Shown here: in pieces, positions 40,716-53,996 of the stretch
Numbering within the stretch: position 1 is the first letter of the stretch
How the letters are laid out: every line of letters begins with the position of its first letter
Assembly (NCBI GenBank): GCA_976551045.1
Contig: CDPCPM010000213.1
Coordinates: 868,001-932,000, forward strand
Length of the DNA stretch: 64,000 bases
DNA from: Glaucostegus cemiculus
Taxonomy: Eukaryota
Direction of reading: 5' to 3'
Position numbers and translations under genes: made by a program
The notes under the pieces: model-generated
Told to the model about the DNA's origin: nothing
Databases searched by the model: none
Seen by the model: the letters and a program-made list of their open reading frames with translations, nothing else

Positions 40716-41329
40716 TTTTGCCCAGTATACATTGCAGTTGTCAGCAGAATGGCCACAGTCTTGATGTTGCCTGCATGTTTTTTACTCTGGCAGGTGGAAA
40801 GGGATGTGATTGAGAAGTTGGCAGGACATGGCTCATATACACTGCTGATTTAATATGCTGTTCAATCAAGTGGAATACCGAACCACATTCCACTCTGTAG
40901 CACTCTGGAAGTGTTATATCCTTTGATAATTTATGGCAGGTCATGCATAATGAAGTTAGCAAACCCAGGAACCCTGCTACCTACAAATCTGTAAGATTGC
41001 AGCCAGAGCACCATCTTTTGCTTCTATGTTTCTTGCTAAGGGGAGTGCATAGGGTTTAATTTCCCTTGCAATGCATTTCAGCATTGATTGTTTGAAGATA
41101 ATGTGGCCTCCAATACATGTTGGAGAATGGTTACAATTTCCCTTTGATAAGTTGCTTTGGTTTATCATTTTGTGTTGGTATATTGATACTGGGAGATTGT
41201 GAGTCCTTTAGCCTTAGCTGTACCTTTAGCTTTACTTTGCAGCAGCATCCAATAGTTTTGATCTTCACAGAATAACAGAAACTAAGCTGAGCAGATAGAT
41301 ATCTGGATGCAAAAAGAAATGTTAAAATA

Positions 41330-41510
41330 TACAGCAGATGCTAGGAATCGGAAATAAAAACAGAAAATGCTGGAAACATTCAGCAGGTTGGGCAGCTTCA
41401 GTGGAAAGAGAAACAGTCTGGGACCCTTCCAAAGTACAATTCTGAAAGTTTCTCTTTTCACAAATCTTGCTTGACCTGCCGAGTGTTTCCAGTATTTTCT
41501 GTTTTTATTA
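41330..41510. repeat. Palindromic Penelope-derived-type element
   Basis: ATAAAAACAGAAAATGCTGGAAACATTCAGCAGG and CCTGCCGAGTGTTTCCAGTATTTTCTGTTTTTAT are inverted arms. Confidence 0.7.
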
Positions 41511-42298
41511 GTGATCTGGATATGGTTGCTTTAGAGCAGCCATTTATAAGCTGAATATCAAGAATAGTTCAGATATGAGTGTGATGTCCACCAAAATATG
41601 TAGCATTTAGTTAAAAACTGCAGCCTTTAAAATTCCCATATGCAGTATATTGAATCTGCATAAAAGAATGATAACCACAGAGAATAGCTCATTGATTTGA
41701 ACATTAATGCCTTTCTAAAGAAATGTAGACTTGGTGTCATTCAGTGTTTGATTCAGTTCTACAACCTTTGCAGGAGGTCAAACAGAGTTAAAACCAGAAA
41801 GTATAATGTAGGATTGTGTGGGTGATGGCCAGAATGGACTCACTGGGCCAAAGGGCCTGTTACTGTGCTGTTCTGTCTCTGACTCAGATGAAAAAAAGTG
41901 TCTCATCGGTAACCAGGAGACTTAAATCATGCACGGTGAAGTAAAGATGGGGGAAAAAGAATCTAGTTAAGAGCGGGAATCAAGAAATAGGAAATATTTT
42001 CTTTTAATTTTTAAATCTCTAAAATGAAAGGAAAGTTCACTTATTAAATTGAATATTTGAAAGCAGCATGAACGTTTGACAATAATTAGAACTGATCAAA
42101 CCATTAAAATTCAATTACAGCTGAAGGCATCAGCCCTAATTTCTTCTGTCAAGCTTAATGATTTATTCGGAGTCACACCCTTGACGTGCTTCAATGCAAG
42201 GCTTTCAGGCAAGATACCTGTAGAGAGCAGGATAAGATGACTTGTAGATTTTTATGTCTTAGACATGCATCTTGGAAGTAATGATATTATCTCCATTG

Positions 42299-42508
42299 TA
42301 ACTTCCTACATGAAAGGTCAGGCAGCATCTATGGAGGGCAAGGGACAGTCGACGTTTTGGGTCGAGACACTGATGAAAGGTCTCAACCGAAAAATTGACT
42401 GTTTCCCTCCATAGATGCTGTCTGACCCGCTACGTTCTTCCAGCTTTTTGTGTGTTGCTCCAGATTTTAGCTTCTGCAGTCTCTTGTGTCTCCATAACTT
42501 CCTACATG
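42299..42508 (+). mobile_element. Palindromic Penelope-derived-type insertion (42313-42494) with 14-bp TSD and hammerhead core motif
   Basis: TAACTTCCTACATG at 42299-42312 and 42495-42508; CTGATGA-AA-GGT-CTCA-ACC-GAAA at 42370-42392. Confidence 0.75.
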
Positions 42509-42594
42509 TTGAGTTTAGTGTAATTTCTCTGCTCCAGTTGCTTTGAATGTAATGTGTTTAACTCCCAGCTAAAGAGAAGTATATAAAATCACAA

Positions 42595-42766
42595 GGGTGA
42601 GAGGTCCTTTTTTCCAGCGTTGGGGAATTGAAAACTGGAGGACATAGTTTTAAGGTCAGAGGTGAAAGGTTTAATAAGAACCTGAGGGGCAACTTTTTTT
42701 TACACAGCGGGTAGCAGATATATGGAACCAGCTGCCAGAGGAAGTGGTTGAAGCAGGTACATTAGA
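42595..42766 (+). mobile_element. CR1 fragment interrupted by the Tc1 element
   Basis: KTGGHSFKVRGERFNKNLRGNFFTQR-type CR1 coding remnant. Confidence 0.7.
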
Positions 42767-42768
42767 TA

Positions 42769-43647
42769 CAGTGGCATGTAAAAGTTTGGGCACCCCGGTC
42801 AAAATTTCTGTTACTGTGAATAGCTAAGCGAGTAAAAGATGACCTGATTTCCAAAAGGCATAAAGTTAAAGATGACACATTTCTTTAATATTTTAAGCAA
42901 GATTACTTTTTTTAATTTCCATCCTTTACAGTTTCAAAATAACAAAAAAGGAAAAGGGCCCTAAGCAAAAGTTTGAGCACCCTGCATGGTCAGTACTTAG
43001 TTGCACCCCCCTTGGCAAGTATCACAGCTTGTACACACTTTCTGTAGCCAGCTAAGAGTCTTTCAATTCTTGTTTGGGGGATTTTCACCCTTCTTCCTTG
43101 CAAAAGGCTTCTAGTTCTGTGAGATTCTTGGGCTGTCTTGCATGCACTACTCTTTTTGTGGTCTATCCACAGATTTTTGATGATGTTTAGGTTGGGGGAC
43201 TGTGAGGCCCATGGCAAAACCTTCAGCTTGTGCCTCTTGAGGTAGTCCATTGTGGATTTTGAGGTGTGTTTAGGATCATTATCCTGTTGTAGAAGCCACC
43301 CTCTTTTCATCTTCAGCTCTTTTACAGACGGTATGATGTTTGCTTCCAGAATTTGTTGGTATTTAATTAAATTCATTCTTCCCTCTACCAGTGCAATGTT
43401 CCCCGTGCCACTGGCTGCAACACAAGCCCAAAGCATGATCGATCCACCCTCGTGCTTAACAGTTGGAGAGGTGTTCTTTTCATGAAATTCTGCACACTTT
43501 TCTCTCCAAACGTACCTTTGTTCATTGCAGCCAAAAAATTCTATTTCAACTTCATCAGCCACAGGACTTGTCTCCAAAATGCATCAGGCTTGTTTAGATG
43601 TTCCTTTGCCAACTTCTGATGCTGAATTTTGTGGTGAGGACGCAGGA
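42769..43647 (-). mobile_element. Truncated Tc1 (DD34E, IR-DR type) transposon: one TIR plus the transposase catalytic domain, inactive
   Basis: TA+CAGTGGCATGTAAAAGTTTGGGCACCC TIR, inner repeat CAAAAGTTTGAGCACCC at about 42966; PTVKHEGGSIMLWAC, QQDNDPKH, SQSPNLNIIKNLW (catalytic E replaced by K), frameshifts. Confidence 0.93.
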
Positions 43648-43794
43648 AACTTCTGTTTAGTTGGCAGATCTGTTCTGTGATACTTATACATAATATTGCA
43701 CGGTTATTACAATAATTGGAGATGAATGTTATCTCCATAAGTAGAGTATAATTCTTTGTTCTGAATTCATGTTACAGGGAAAATACAACAAACC

Positions 43795-44014
43795 ATGGGT
43801 AAATCATTCTCTCATTTACCTACTTTCTCAAGACAAAGCAAGAAAGAAGATGCAGAATCTATCGTGTCAGAGACAGATAGAAAATCTATAGAAAACACAG
43901 ATGAAGTACAGGGCAGTAATGGAGAGACCAGTTCTCATGTTCCTTATGTAGAGTTTGTGGGAAGAGAAAACATCACATGTCCCACATGTCAAGGGACTGG
44001 AAGAATACCAAGAG
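43795..44014 (+). CDS. TMEM106A: TMEM106 first coding exon (exon acceptor at 43778); TMEM106A by synteny with NBR1, TMEM106B-like in sequence
   Basis: ACC-ATG-G start; MGKSFSHLP...[25 protein letters not shown]; G|GTAGGT donor. Confidence 0.9.
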
Positions 44015-45689
44015 GTAGGTGGTTTTCCACATAATTGTGATGTTAAGCTAGTGAGATTTGCTTCATCCACCTTTTCACTTGAAAGGTATAACCCTTCTAC
44101 CAACATTTGATGAAGAAGCAAGTTCCAGTGTCATTGTAACAAAGCACCATGACTCCAAGTACTTCATGCAATAATGAGACGTTGTGAAAGATTCTTCCAT
44201 TATTTTGGGAAAACTGCGCCAGCATATTACAAAATACCGATGATGCCAGCTTTATGATCTGGCACACTATTCAGCAATTTATTTTAGTGATTTTTTTCTC
44301 CCTTCCTAGCACTATTCATTTTTCATCAGCTAACTGTGATTCTGTTCTTAGCTGATATTACTCTTAAGCTAGCAGTTGTATGATTCAGTGTTAACCAAAT
44401 ATTTTGGTCTACCTTTTTTATGAATTGGGCTCCATCCAGTTATCCATTGTTCATTTTTAACCAGTTTCTATAGGGATTCAAATGTGACATTTGGTGATTC
44501 TTTGGGAAAGCAATAAATGCCTTTGACCACTGAGATATAGATTGGAACTACACTTGATCCTCATTATCTACTGATTTTTTTTCTCTCTGTGGATCTTTGT
44601 ACTTGTGACGTTGGCTCCAGGGCACAACTTGAACTTTCAAATATATTTATATACATACATGTATTGAGGTATCATTTATTGTCTGCATAAGTATGGTGAT
44701 CAGTTTCCAGACCACTTGTGTTAAGTGGCTCCCGCTGTGTACTCCTCTAACCAAAGGAGGTCTTTGTTTACGCAGTTGCATCTTGTGAGTTCTAATCCAA
44801 ATATTGCTTGTAAGTTTCAATGGAAGTAGTTTGTTAGCCAATATCCTTTCCTTTTAGGTATTTTAATGTTTTAATGTGTTTAGTGAAGTGTGTCAATACT
44901 TTTAGAACATTATGTTTATTATATGTTTATTATTTTTGGGAGTTGTGTCTTGGGTACAAAGGAGAAGTCCTTTGTTTTTTGTGGGAAGTCCATGCCCCTA
45001 TCCCTTGGGTATAATAAGGACTTACTGTATTACACCGAATACTGTACTTTTCTAATCATTCCAAGTAAAGAGAACACTAAATTGTTGGTGTGTATTGACA
45101 AGCACTCTAATCTTTATTAAAAAGTAAAATTAAATGCAGGAAAAAATACTTGTAAGATGGACAGCATTATTTCATTTTAGTACCTCTATTGTATTAAAAG
45201 TGTAATGTTTCGTTCTGTACAATAACATGACCATGCATCTTTGATAAACCTTAAATGGGATGGAGCCTTCTGACTGCAGTGACTCAAAAAAATTGAATAA
45301 TTGAAGGTCAAAAGCTATCACCTTTTTAAGTTTACAGTGTTAAAGCAAATATAATAAAAACAAAGATATTTTTGTAATAAAACTGTCAGTCAAGATAGAT
45401 TTTAAAGACACAAAGTTTGAATCCTGATTCAAAAACAATTTGCAAGTGTTCAGGCAAATCAGAGGTCAGGTGGAACATGGGACATATTGATGGGCATGGG
45501 TGTGAGATTGTAGGGAGAATAAGAAGGTCAATATTAATTACTTTTGTAACTTGAGTCCACTCTGTGTTATGTCACACTTGTCAAATAGAAATAATTCATC
45601 TGGCATTTTTAAGTAGACAGTCCCACAATGGGTAGGGATATCAGCTACATGCAATGTACACCATAGAAACAGCCATTATTTCTTTGTCA

Positions 45690-47000
45690 ACAGGGCCTTC
45701 CTTATCTAGCCCTTTCAGCATTATCCTTGTGCTTATCTTAGCCCTCCATTAAATACAACTCTTCCATTTCTTTCAACCACTCCCTTTGGTAGTGAGTTCC
45801 AGATTCTCTGAATTTTCTGGGTGAAAAAGGTTCTTTGAAATTCTATCATTAATTTCTTAATGTTGACTTTATGTGGATGGCTTCTAGTCTTAAAATATTT
45901 CTTGTCTACTTTATCTAAACCTTTTATAATTTTAAAGATCTCTATTCAATCACACAACAACCTTTTTCATAAAGGGGTAAAGAGACACTGAGTGTAATTA
46001 TTTCTTGATAATATAACTCAATTTCCATTCCATCCTTGTAAATCATTTTTGCACCCTCTTCAGAGCATCCACAGTAAAACATTGATAATCCACTATCAGA
46101 CTACTCAGAAACCCCAAGGTTTGGCATCTGGTGATAGTAGTCATGCTCCCTCCCGAATCACCAGGGCCCCAGTTCCTGTACTCTCTTTAAACTTGTTGGG
46201 TTTGCTGGAAAATGTATTATGGTACTGTGTGAAGTCTTAAAAAAATTAGAAGTGTGTTGGGGGTATCCAGTATTCCAAAAAATCACAATCCTGACACCAC
46301 AAAAATCCTGAATGTGCAGATTATCAGAATATTACTGTATATCCTTTTTGTAACTATGTAACAAGAATTGTACACAGTACTAAATTGTGATCTAAATAAT
46401 TTGCAATAACAGTTTAGCATAAGTTCTCTTTTTCAATTCCTTCTCTCTAGAAATCAACTCTTTTGCTTGGTTTGCCTTTTCAGTAGCCTTATTAACCTGT
46501 GTCATTTTCTAAGGTATCAAAATGTGATGTTGAGACCTCAAGTGTACTGAAACTTATTTGAAATTGTAAGCCCATTTATTAATTCACGTTTGTAGCAGTC
46601 CTCTTTAATGTTGACTATTCACCCAATTTATTTTCAAATTTAGAAATTGTGCTTACGGTTTCAGAATCTGAATCATTAATAAAAAAATTGTGAACAGCTG
46701 ACCTGCTTTTCACCTTCAGCCATTCTGAACCCTCTAATCTTTGCTTTCTATTTTAAAACTAGCTGACTACATGTACTTGTCCCTTGACTCTGTGTGGTAC
46801 CTGTGAAAACCCGTAAGAACTGTATGCCATGCATTACACTTCTTGCATTACCCTTATCTGCTCTCTGATACTTCAAGCAAGTCATTGTGATTAGTGAAGT
46901 TAAATTGCCCTTGTTAAAATCACTGTTGACTAATTCATTAATTTTACTTCCTAGATTTTCTTTTACTTTGCCCTTTTGTTGAAAGTTCCATTATTTTGCC
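45690..47000 (-). mobile_element. Old degraded CR1
   Basis: Reverse-strand CR1 3' and RT remnants (TCAACCACTCCCTTTGGTAGTGAGTTCCAGATTCT; GAATTGTACACAGTACT); boundaries approximate. Confidence 0.5.
46072..46337. mobile_element. Tc1/mariner(Tigger)-type MITE nested in the old CR1
   Basis: Imperfect TIRs CAGTAAAACATTGATAATC and GATTATCAGAATATTACTG(TA); related partial copies at about 39750-40030 and 57865-57945. Confidence 0.6.
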
Positions 47001-47934
47001 TAACACACATATTTGGGCATGTTTATTTCCCCTCTTAAATATGAAGTTTATATTAGTTTTCTGCTGTCCTCTGGCAATGTGCTTTTTTCTGACAGATTTT
47101 CAAATGAATGTAATAGTGCCTCTGACATCTCTTCCCAAATATAATCTTTCTGGATAGGTCATTTTTGAGTTTGAATGTTTTACTTACTGTTTCTCATTTT
47201 TGTATTTCAGAAATGATTAGTTTATTTAATATTTCCCTTTTTTATTTTCAAATTCTGATGTCTTCAGATATTCTGTCTAGTAATCTGTTACACTGAAGCA
47301 AATAGTTCTTTAACAATTCTACGATACTACAATTACTGCTTATGCCTCTCCTATTAGTGGCTCTATTTCTATTCTAACAAGCCTATTTCTCTTTTACTTC
47401 TGTGCTGGCTGATAATTTCATAGTTCATCTTTTATCTTTTTTTTTTATGTTGATGTCTCTCAATCTTTGTATTTTCCCATTCTAAGCAATCCTATGCTAT
47501 ACGGTATAAAATTAAAAGCCAAATCAACTATAGGCAATCTGAACCTGATGAATCCAAGTTCATAATTTTTTTTCATGCCTAATTGATCATTGCTGTAAAC
47601 ATTACAATTTCCAACATGCTCTTCACATGCACTAAGCAAATCCTCCCAGCCTGGATGAAGTACTGATCTGTACTGGCATGATGTGGCTCAACCCATCCTG
47701 AGCCAAACCTGAAGGTTTTATCAGAATGTAAATCAGAAGGTAAACATGCGGCTCTGGGCTTGAGTTGGCTCTACTCTGATAATCAGGCCCCCAAGGTAGG
47801 TCTATATATTTTAATTTATTTTGTCATGTCCTAAATTATCCATTATGTCCAACTTGTTTTTAGCAGAGTGTATTTTTCCCGGACTATGTTGAGAACCATT
47901 TTAACTTCTTTGCTGTTCTACATTATAACCTCAA

Positions 47935-48650
47935 GGGGGAAGAGGAGAGGAAGAGCAGTCGTGGTAGGGGAATTTGTAGTTAGGGGAGACGACGAGCATT
48001 TTAACAACCTAAGATATGAATTCAGGATGGTATCTGGTCTCCCTGGTTTCAAGGTCAAAAATGTCATTGAATGGTTGCTGCAGGGCATTTTGCATAGGGA
48101 GAGGGAGACCTAGACAGAGAGTGATGAGCTCCTGCGGCCAGAGTTTAGGAAAATAGATTTAAAAAAAACAGGACCTTGAGGATAGTAATTTCTGATTTAC
48201 ATGTGATTGAGTCTGGAAATAGGAAAGTAAAGCAGATGAGGTGTGACTGGAGAAATGGTACAGGTGGCAAGGCTTCAGATTCCTGAAGACCTTGGACTGT
48301 TTCTGGAAGAGGTAGAACTTCTACAAACCAGAAGGGTTGCACCTCACTGGAATGAAATTGGAATAATCTTGGTGAGGTTTTTCTAGTACTATTGGAGAAA
48401 TTTGGTAGGGGAAATGGTAACCTAGGGGTAGCATGGGAAAGGAGAAAAACTACGCTAGAAATAGAACATAGGAGTTCATAGGAGGCCAGAAAAAGGGAGA
48501 AGGCAATAGTGAAGCACACCAAGGGTAATGATAAGCTGAGTATCAGGAAAGAGCAGTGCATACAAGCATCAACAATTAGACTCAGAATAAGGAAAAATAT
48601 TGATAAAATTAAAGGCGTTCTATCTGAATGCATACAGCATACCCTCATAT
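47935..48650 (+). mobile_element. Degraded CR1 ORF1 (SGNH esterase-like) region
   Basis: RAVVVGEFVVRGDD...RMVSGLPGFKVKNV resembles CR1 ORF1 VIGDSIVRG...VCCLPGARVKDV. Confidence 0.65.
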
Positions 48651-48884
48651 TATGGCAATAGAAGTTCGCCCTGCAAATTCCTAAGTCACCACCAAAAAAG
48701 TTTGAGAAATAGAATAAAAATTTGCTCTTGTGGAAATTGTGAGACAAAAATAACTAAATAAACGTAAAATGTGAAAGAAACGACAAATTTTGTCAAGGGT
48801 TTGCCTTGTGGAAAGTTGCAATACAAATGTTTTTCTTGGAATGCAACCTCTCTGTAATGCGGGGATGTACTGTAGAATATTCAT

Positions 48885-49180
48885 AAGATAAGATATCTTT
48901 ATTAGTCACATGTACATTGAGACACAGTGAAATATGTCTTTCTGCATAGTGTTCTGGGGCAGCCCGCAAGTGTCGCTACTATTCCAGCACCAACATAGCA
49001 TGCCCACAACTTCCTAACCTGTACGTCTTTGGAATGTGGGAGGAAACAGGAAGCACCTGAAGGAAACCCACACAGACACGGAGAGAACGTACAAGCTCCT
49101 TACAGACAGCGGCCGGATTTGAACCCGGGTCACTGGCGCTTTAAAGTGTTACGCTAACTGCTACACTACCACACCTGCTC
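48885..49180 (-). mobile_element. Full-length tRNA-derived (V-SINE-like) SINE
   Basis: Reverse complement of the 4216-4460 family; B box GGGTTCAAATCC on the minus strand; AAGAT-repeat tail. Confidence 0.85.
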
Positions 49181-50244
49181 AAGATAGAAGAGTTGCTAGC
49201 TCAAATAGAAATAAATGATAAACTCAGTTGGTCAGATAGCATCCATGGAGGGGATAAAACTGACTTAAACTGTAATGTCAAAGACTCTTCAACAAAGCTG
49301 GGTATGTAAGAAAGCAAATTAGTTTTAAGTTGCAGAGAGGATGGAGGAGGGATGGATTGGACAAAGGAACTGATAGGGTGAGGCCAGGGTTGCCTAGGTG
49401 ATCCCAATGTTTAGAGAGTGTCCAGTTAATAGATTAATGAGAGAAGTTAGACAGAAACAAAGAGACATGTTATCATTGAAATGCAGGTCAAAGTCGTTGC
49501 TGAAACCTGAAGCCAACATTGATGTAATTCTATCCCCTATCTCCATTATCTTCCAGTCAATTAATTTATCTCAAGATTATTATTCTAGGTTCTCGTTTAT
49601 TTATTTTCCCATTTTGTAATCTCCTATGCCTGCCTTCCACAATGTTTGATGAGACTTCATTGCTTTTGATCTTTCTCTAGCTGGATTCTTCTTCCATCTT
49701 ATTATGAGCTACGTCACTTTTCTTCTATTAACTTTGTTATCTTCAGTGACTACAGCTACTGCACTTCTTTTCCCCTCCCTCCTTCTTAAAAAAAATTATA
49801 ATCTGTAATGTTTAATTATCAGTCCTGTTTTTTTTTTCTTTTGCCATGTTTTGGTATTTTATTCCTTTACCTTTATTAGTTGAAATGAGTTGCCTCCATT
49901 TCAGTTTTAATGGACATTCTTATGTTTCTGCATTGATAATTTAGCTGTATTTTAAAACATTTCCTCTCTCTAATTTAGCTATCATGTTTAATTCCTATTT
50001 AATCATGATAATTTCTTTCCTCAATTAAATTAATCTGTTGTGTGCTTTACCTTCCTGCTTCTATATTTAAGTTTAAGATTACTGTCCCTTGCAAGTTTAA
50101 AGCCTTTGCCACCTTTTTAGCCCTTTCTTCTAGGACACTGATTCCATTCTGGTTCAAAGGGACTCCATTTTGTTGGTCCTCAAAGCTTTTCTGCTATTCA
50201 ACAAGATCAAGGCTGTGTCTGTAACCTTCACTTTCCCATCTACC

Positions 50245-50570
50245 CAACATTAACCTATTGCCCCCTTGCTTATGAAGAACTTATTTTCTTTTGCCTTAAA
50301 AATATTTAAGACTCCACTTCCACCACCTTTTGAAGCAGTTACTAAAGAATCATGAACCCATGAGAGAATTTTTTCTTCATCTTTCTTAAAGGGACGATCC
50401 CTAATTTTTAAGCGGTAACTTTCTAGTTCTAAATTCTCCCAGAAAAAGAAATATCCTCTCCACATCCACCCTGTCAAGACCCTTTAGTATCTTGTAAGTT
50501 TCAATCAAGTTGCTTGTTCTTCTGAACTCCAGCAGATACAAGCCAGCCTGTCCAACCATTCTTCAGGAGA
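50245..50570 (-). mobile_element. CR1 3' fragment
   Basis: Minus-strand YKILKGLDRVDVERIF-type remnant. Confidence 0.7.
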
Positions 50571-51451
50571 CATGAAGGAGAAAATATAACTAAACCATAA
50601 CTTTTTTATTATGAAAGTCACAAAGTTGCAGATGCTGGAAAATTGAAGCAAAAACAGACAATGCTATAAACGCTCAGCAGGTCAGGCAGCCTCTGGAAAG
50701 AGAATTAAAATTTCTGGCTGAGGACCATTTGTGAGTCTTTGTTTGCCTTTGCAATTAAGGGACATTCCTTTATTAATCTAAGAGCAATTACTTTGAAGTG
50801 ACCGTACGAGGGAGATATTGCGGTTTTAAAAGGACTGGGTGAATAAAGTATGACATTACACCATATAACAGTGTAATCTTTCTAAAACACTTCAAAAAAA
50901 ACTTGTTACAATTGTAGTGTAAGATATCAACAGTCAATGTGTGTGCAAGAATTTTCCACAAACATTACTGATATATGTGGCTGCTTTTTCTGTTCTTGGT
51001 AGTGTTGGCAGAAGAATGACAAACCAAAACCTATTGATGATTGGCCAACGGGTCTGCAGATAGCTTAGAGAGTGTGGTACTGCCAAACCACTCCTGGTGA
51101 TGGACTTTGAAGTCCCCCACCCAGAGCACATTCTGTATGCTGTGAGTTCTCCCAGCTGGTATTCAAAATGGATGAATGTGAATTCATCAACTGAGGGAGG
51201 ACAGAAGATGATAATCAGGAGGAGGTTTCCTTTCCCCCATTTGATGTAATGCCATGAGACTTCATGGGGTCTGGAGTCAGTATTGAGGACTCTCAGGGAT
51301 GCTTGTTACCCCCTGCAAACCACTGTCGCTCCCCCCTCATGGATTTGATCTCCTGATGGGACTGAATGTACCTAGGGATTGTGATGGAGGATTTGGCATC
51401 TTCATATATGGTGTGAGTCCGTGAATGTGATGACATTGCATGATTAGTCTG

Positions 51452-52536
51452 TGGCTCTCCACTCATCCTTGGAGACAACAGCGAAACGTGTCAGGCTGAT
51501 GTTTATTGATTACAGCTTGGCATTCAACACCATCATCCTCTCAGTACTGATCAACAAGCTTCAAAACCTGGGCCTCTGTACCTCCCTCTGCAACTGGATC
51601 CTCAACTTCCTTGTCGGGAGACCACAGTCAAAGCAGATTGGTAGTAACGTCTCCTCCTCACTGACAGTCAATACAGGCACACCTTAAGGATGCGTGCTTA
51701 GCCCACTGCTCTACTCTCTCTACACTCGTGACTGTGTGGCTAGGCACAGCTCAGATGCCATCCGTAAATTCGCCGATGACACCACTGTTGTTGGCAGAAT
51801 CTCAGATGGCGATGAGGAGACGCACAGGAATGAGATTGGCTGGTTGAGTGGTGTCGCTATAACAACCTCACACTCAGCATCAGCAAGACCAAGGAATTGA
51901 TTGTGGACTTCAGGAAGAGGAAATCGGAAAAACACACACCAGTCTTCACTGAGGGGTCAGCAGTGGAAAAGGTGAGTAGCTTCAAGTTCCTAGGCGTCAA
52001 CATCTCGGAGGATCTATCTTGGGCCCAACACATTGATGCAATAATGTAGAAGGTACGTCAGTAGCTCTACTTCATTAGGTGTTTGAGGAGATTTGGTATG
52101 TCACAAAGACTCCTGCAAATTTCTACAGACGTACAGTGGAGAGCATTCTGACTGGTTGCATCACCGCCTGGCATGGAGGCTCCAATGTTCAGGATTGCAA
52201 GAGGCTGCAGAGGGTTGTAGACTTGGCCAGCTTGATCTAGGTACAACTCTCCCCGCCATCGAAGACATCCTCAAGAGGTGGTGCCTCAAGAAGGCGACAT
52301 CCATCATTAAGGACCTTCACCATCCGGGACATGCCCTCTTCTCATTACTGGAGCCTGAAGACCCATGCTTACTGTTTCAGGTACAGTTTCTTCCCCTCCT
52401 CCATCTGATTTATGAATGGTACATGAACACTACCTCGTTATTCCTTTTTTTGCACTATTTATTTATTTTTATAAGTTATAGTAAATTTTTATGTCTTGCA
52501 CTGTACTGCTGCTGCAAAAGAAATTTCACGACATAT
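51452..52536 (+). mobile_element. Rex1/Babar-type LINE, 3' half (outer copy; its tail resumes at about 53997-54010)
   Basis: RLMFIDYSLAFNTI, CNWILNFL, GCVLSPLLYSLYT, KFADDTTVVG. Confidence 0.88.
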
Positions 52537-53996
52537 GCCTGTTTTAAGAAGACCACTATCATTCCGATACCAGAGAAAGGTAAAGTAACGTGCCTCAATG
52601 ACTACTGTCCAGTGGCTCTGACATCCACCATCATGAAGTGTTTTGAGAGGTTGGTCATGGCACGCATCAACTCCAGCCTCCCAGACAACCTGGACCCATT
52701 GCAATTCGCCTATCGGCGAAACAGGTCTACAGCGGATGCCATCTCCCTGGCCCTACACTCAGCTCTGGAGCACCTAGACAGCAAAGACACAACCGTTAGA
52801 CTATTGTTTATTGACTACAGCTCTGCCTTCAATACGACAATTTCAAGCAAGCTTGTCACCAAACTCCGAGACCTAGGACTCAGCACCTCCCTTTGTAATT
52901 GGATCCTTGACTTTCTAACCAACAGACCACAATCAGTGAGGATAGGCAGCAATACCTACAACACGACTATTCTTAACACTGGTGCCCCACAAAGCTGCGG
53001 CCTCAGCCCTCTTCGCTACTTCCTATACACTCACGATTGTGTGGCCAGATTCTGCTCTAACTCCATCTACAAATTTGCAGATGGTACCACTGTTGTGGAC
53101 CATATCTCCAACAGCGATGAGTCAGAGTACAGGAAGGAGATAGCAAGCTTAGTGGAATAGTGTCACAACAACAACCTTTCCCTCAATGTCAACAAAATGA
53201 AAGAGTCGGTCATTGACTTCAGGAAAGGGGGCGGTATTCATGCACTTGTCTATGTCAATGGTGCTGAGATCGAGAGGGTTGAGAGCTTCAAGTTCCTGGG
53301 TGTGAACATCACCAGCAGCCTGTCCTGGTCAAACCATGTAGATACCACAGCCAAGAAAGCTCACCAGTACCTCTACTTCCTCAAGAGGCTAAAGAAATTT
53401 GGTTTGTGCCCTTTGACTCTCACCAACTTTTACCGATGCACCATAGAAAGCATCCTATCTAGTTGAATCATGGCTTGGTATGGCAACTGCTCTGCCCAGG
53501 ACCACAAGAAGCTGCAGAGAGTTGTGGACACAGCCCAGTGCGTCACGGACACCAGCCTCTCCTCCTTGGACTCTGTCTTTACCTCTCGTTGTCTTGGTGT
53601 AGCGGCCAGCAGAATCAAAGACCCCACCCATCTGGGACATTCTCTCTTCTCTCCTCTTCCATTGTGTAGAAGATACAGGTGCCTGAGGGCACATACCACC
53701 AGACTTAAGGACAGCTTCTACCCCACTGTGATAAGACTATTGAATGGTTCCCTTATACAATGAGATGGTCTATGACCTCACAATCTACCTTGTGTGACCT
53801 TGCATTTTATTGCACTGCACTTTCTCTGTAGCTGTGATACTTTACTCTGTACTGTTACTGTTTATACTGTACTACATCAATGCACTTTGTACTAACTGTG
53901 TAACTGCACTGTGTAATGAATTGACCTGTACGATCGGTTTGTAAGATAAGCTTTTCACTGTACCTCGATACAAGTGACAATAGTATACCAATACCA
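52537..53996 (+). mobile_element. Second Rex1/Babar-type LINE nested in the tail of the first
   Basis: [63 protein letters not shown]; CCAATA-repeat tail. Confidence 0.9.

Noticed and set aside
52093-53160. 355-aa ORF as a novel gene
   Set aside because: Chance read-through from the out-of-frame end and UTR of one Rex1 copy into the RT of the nested copy
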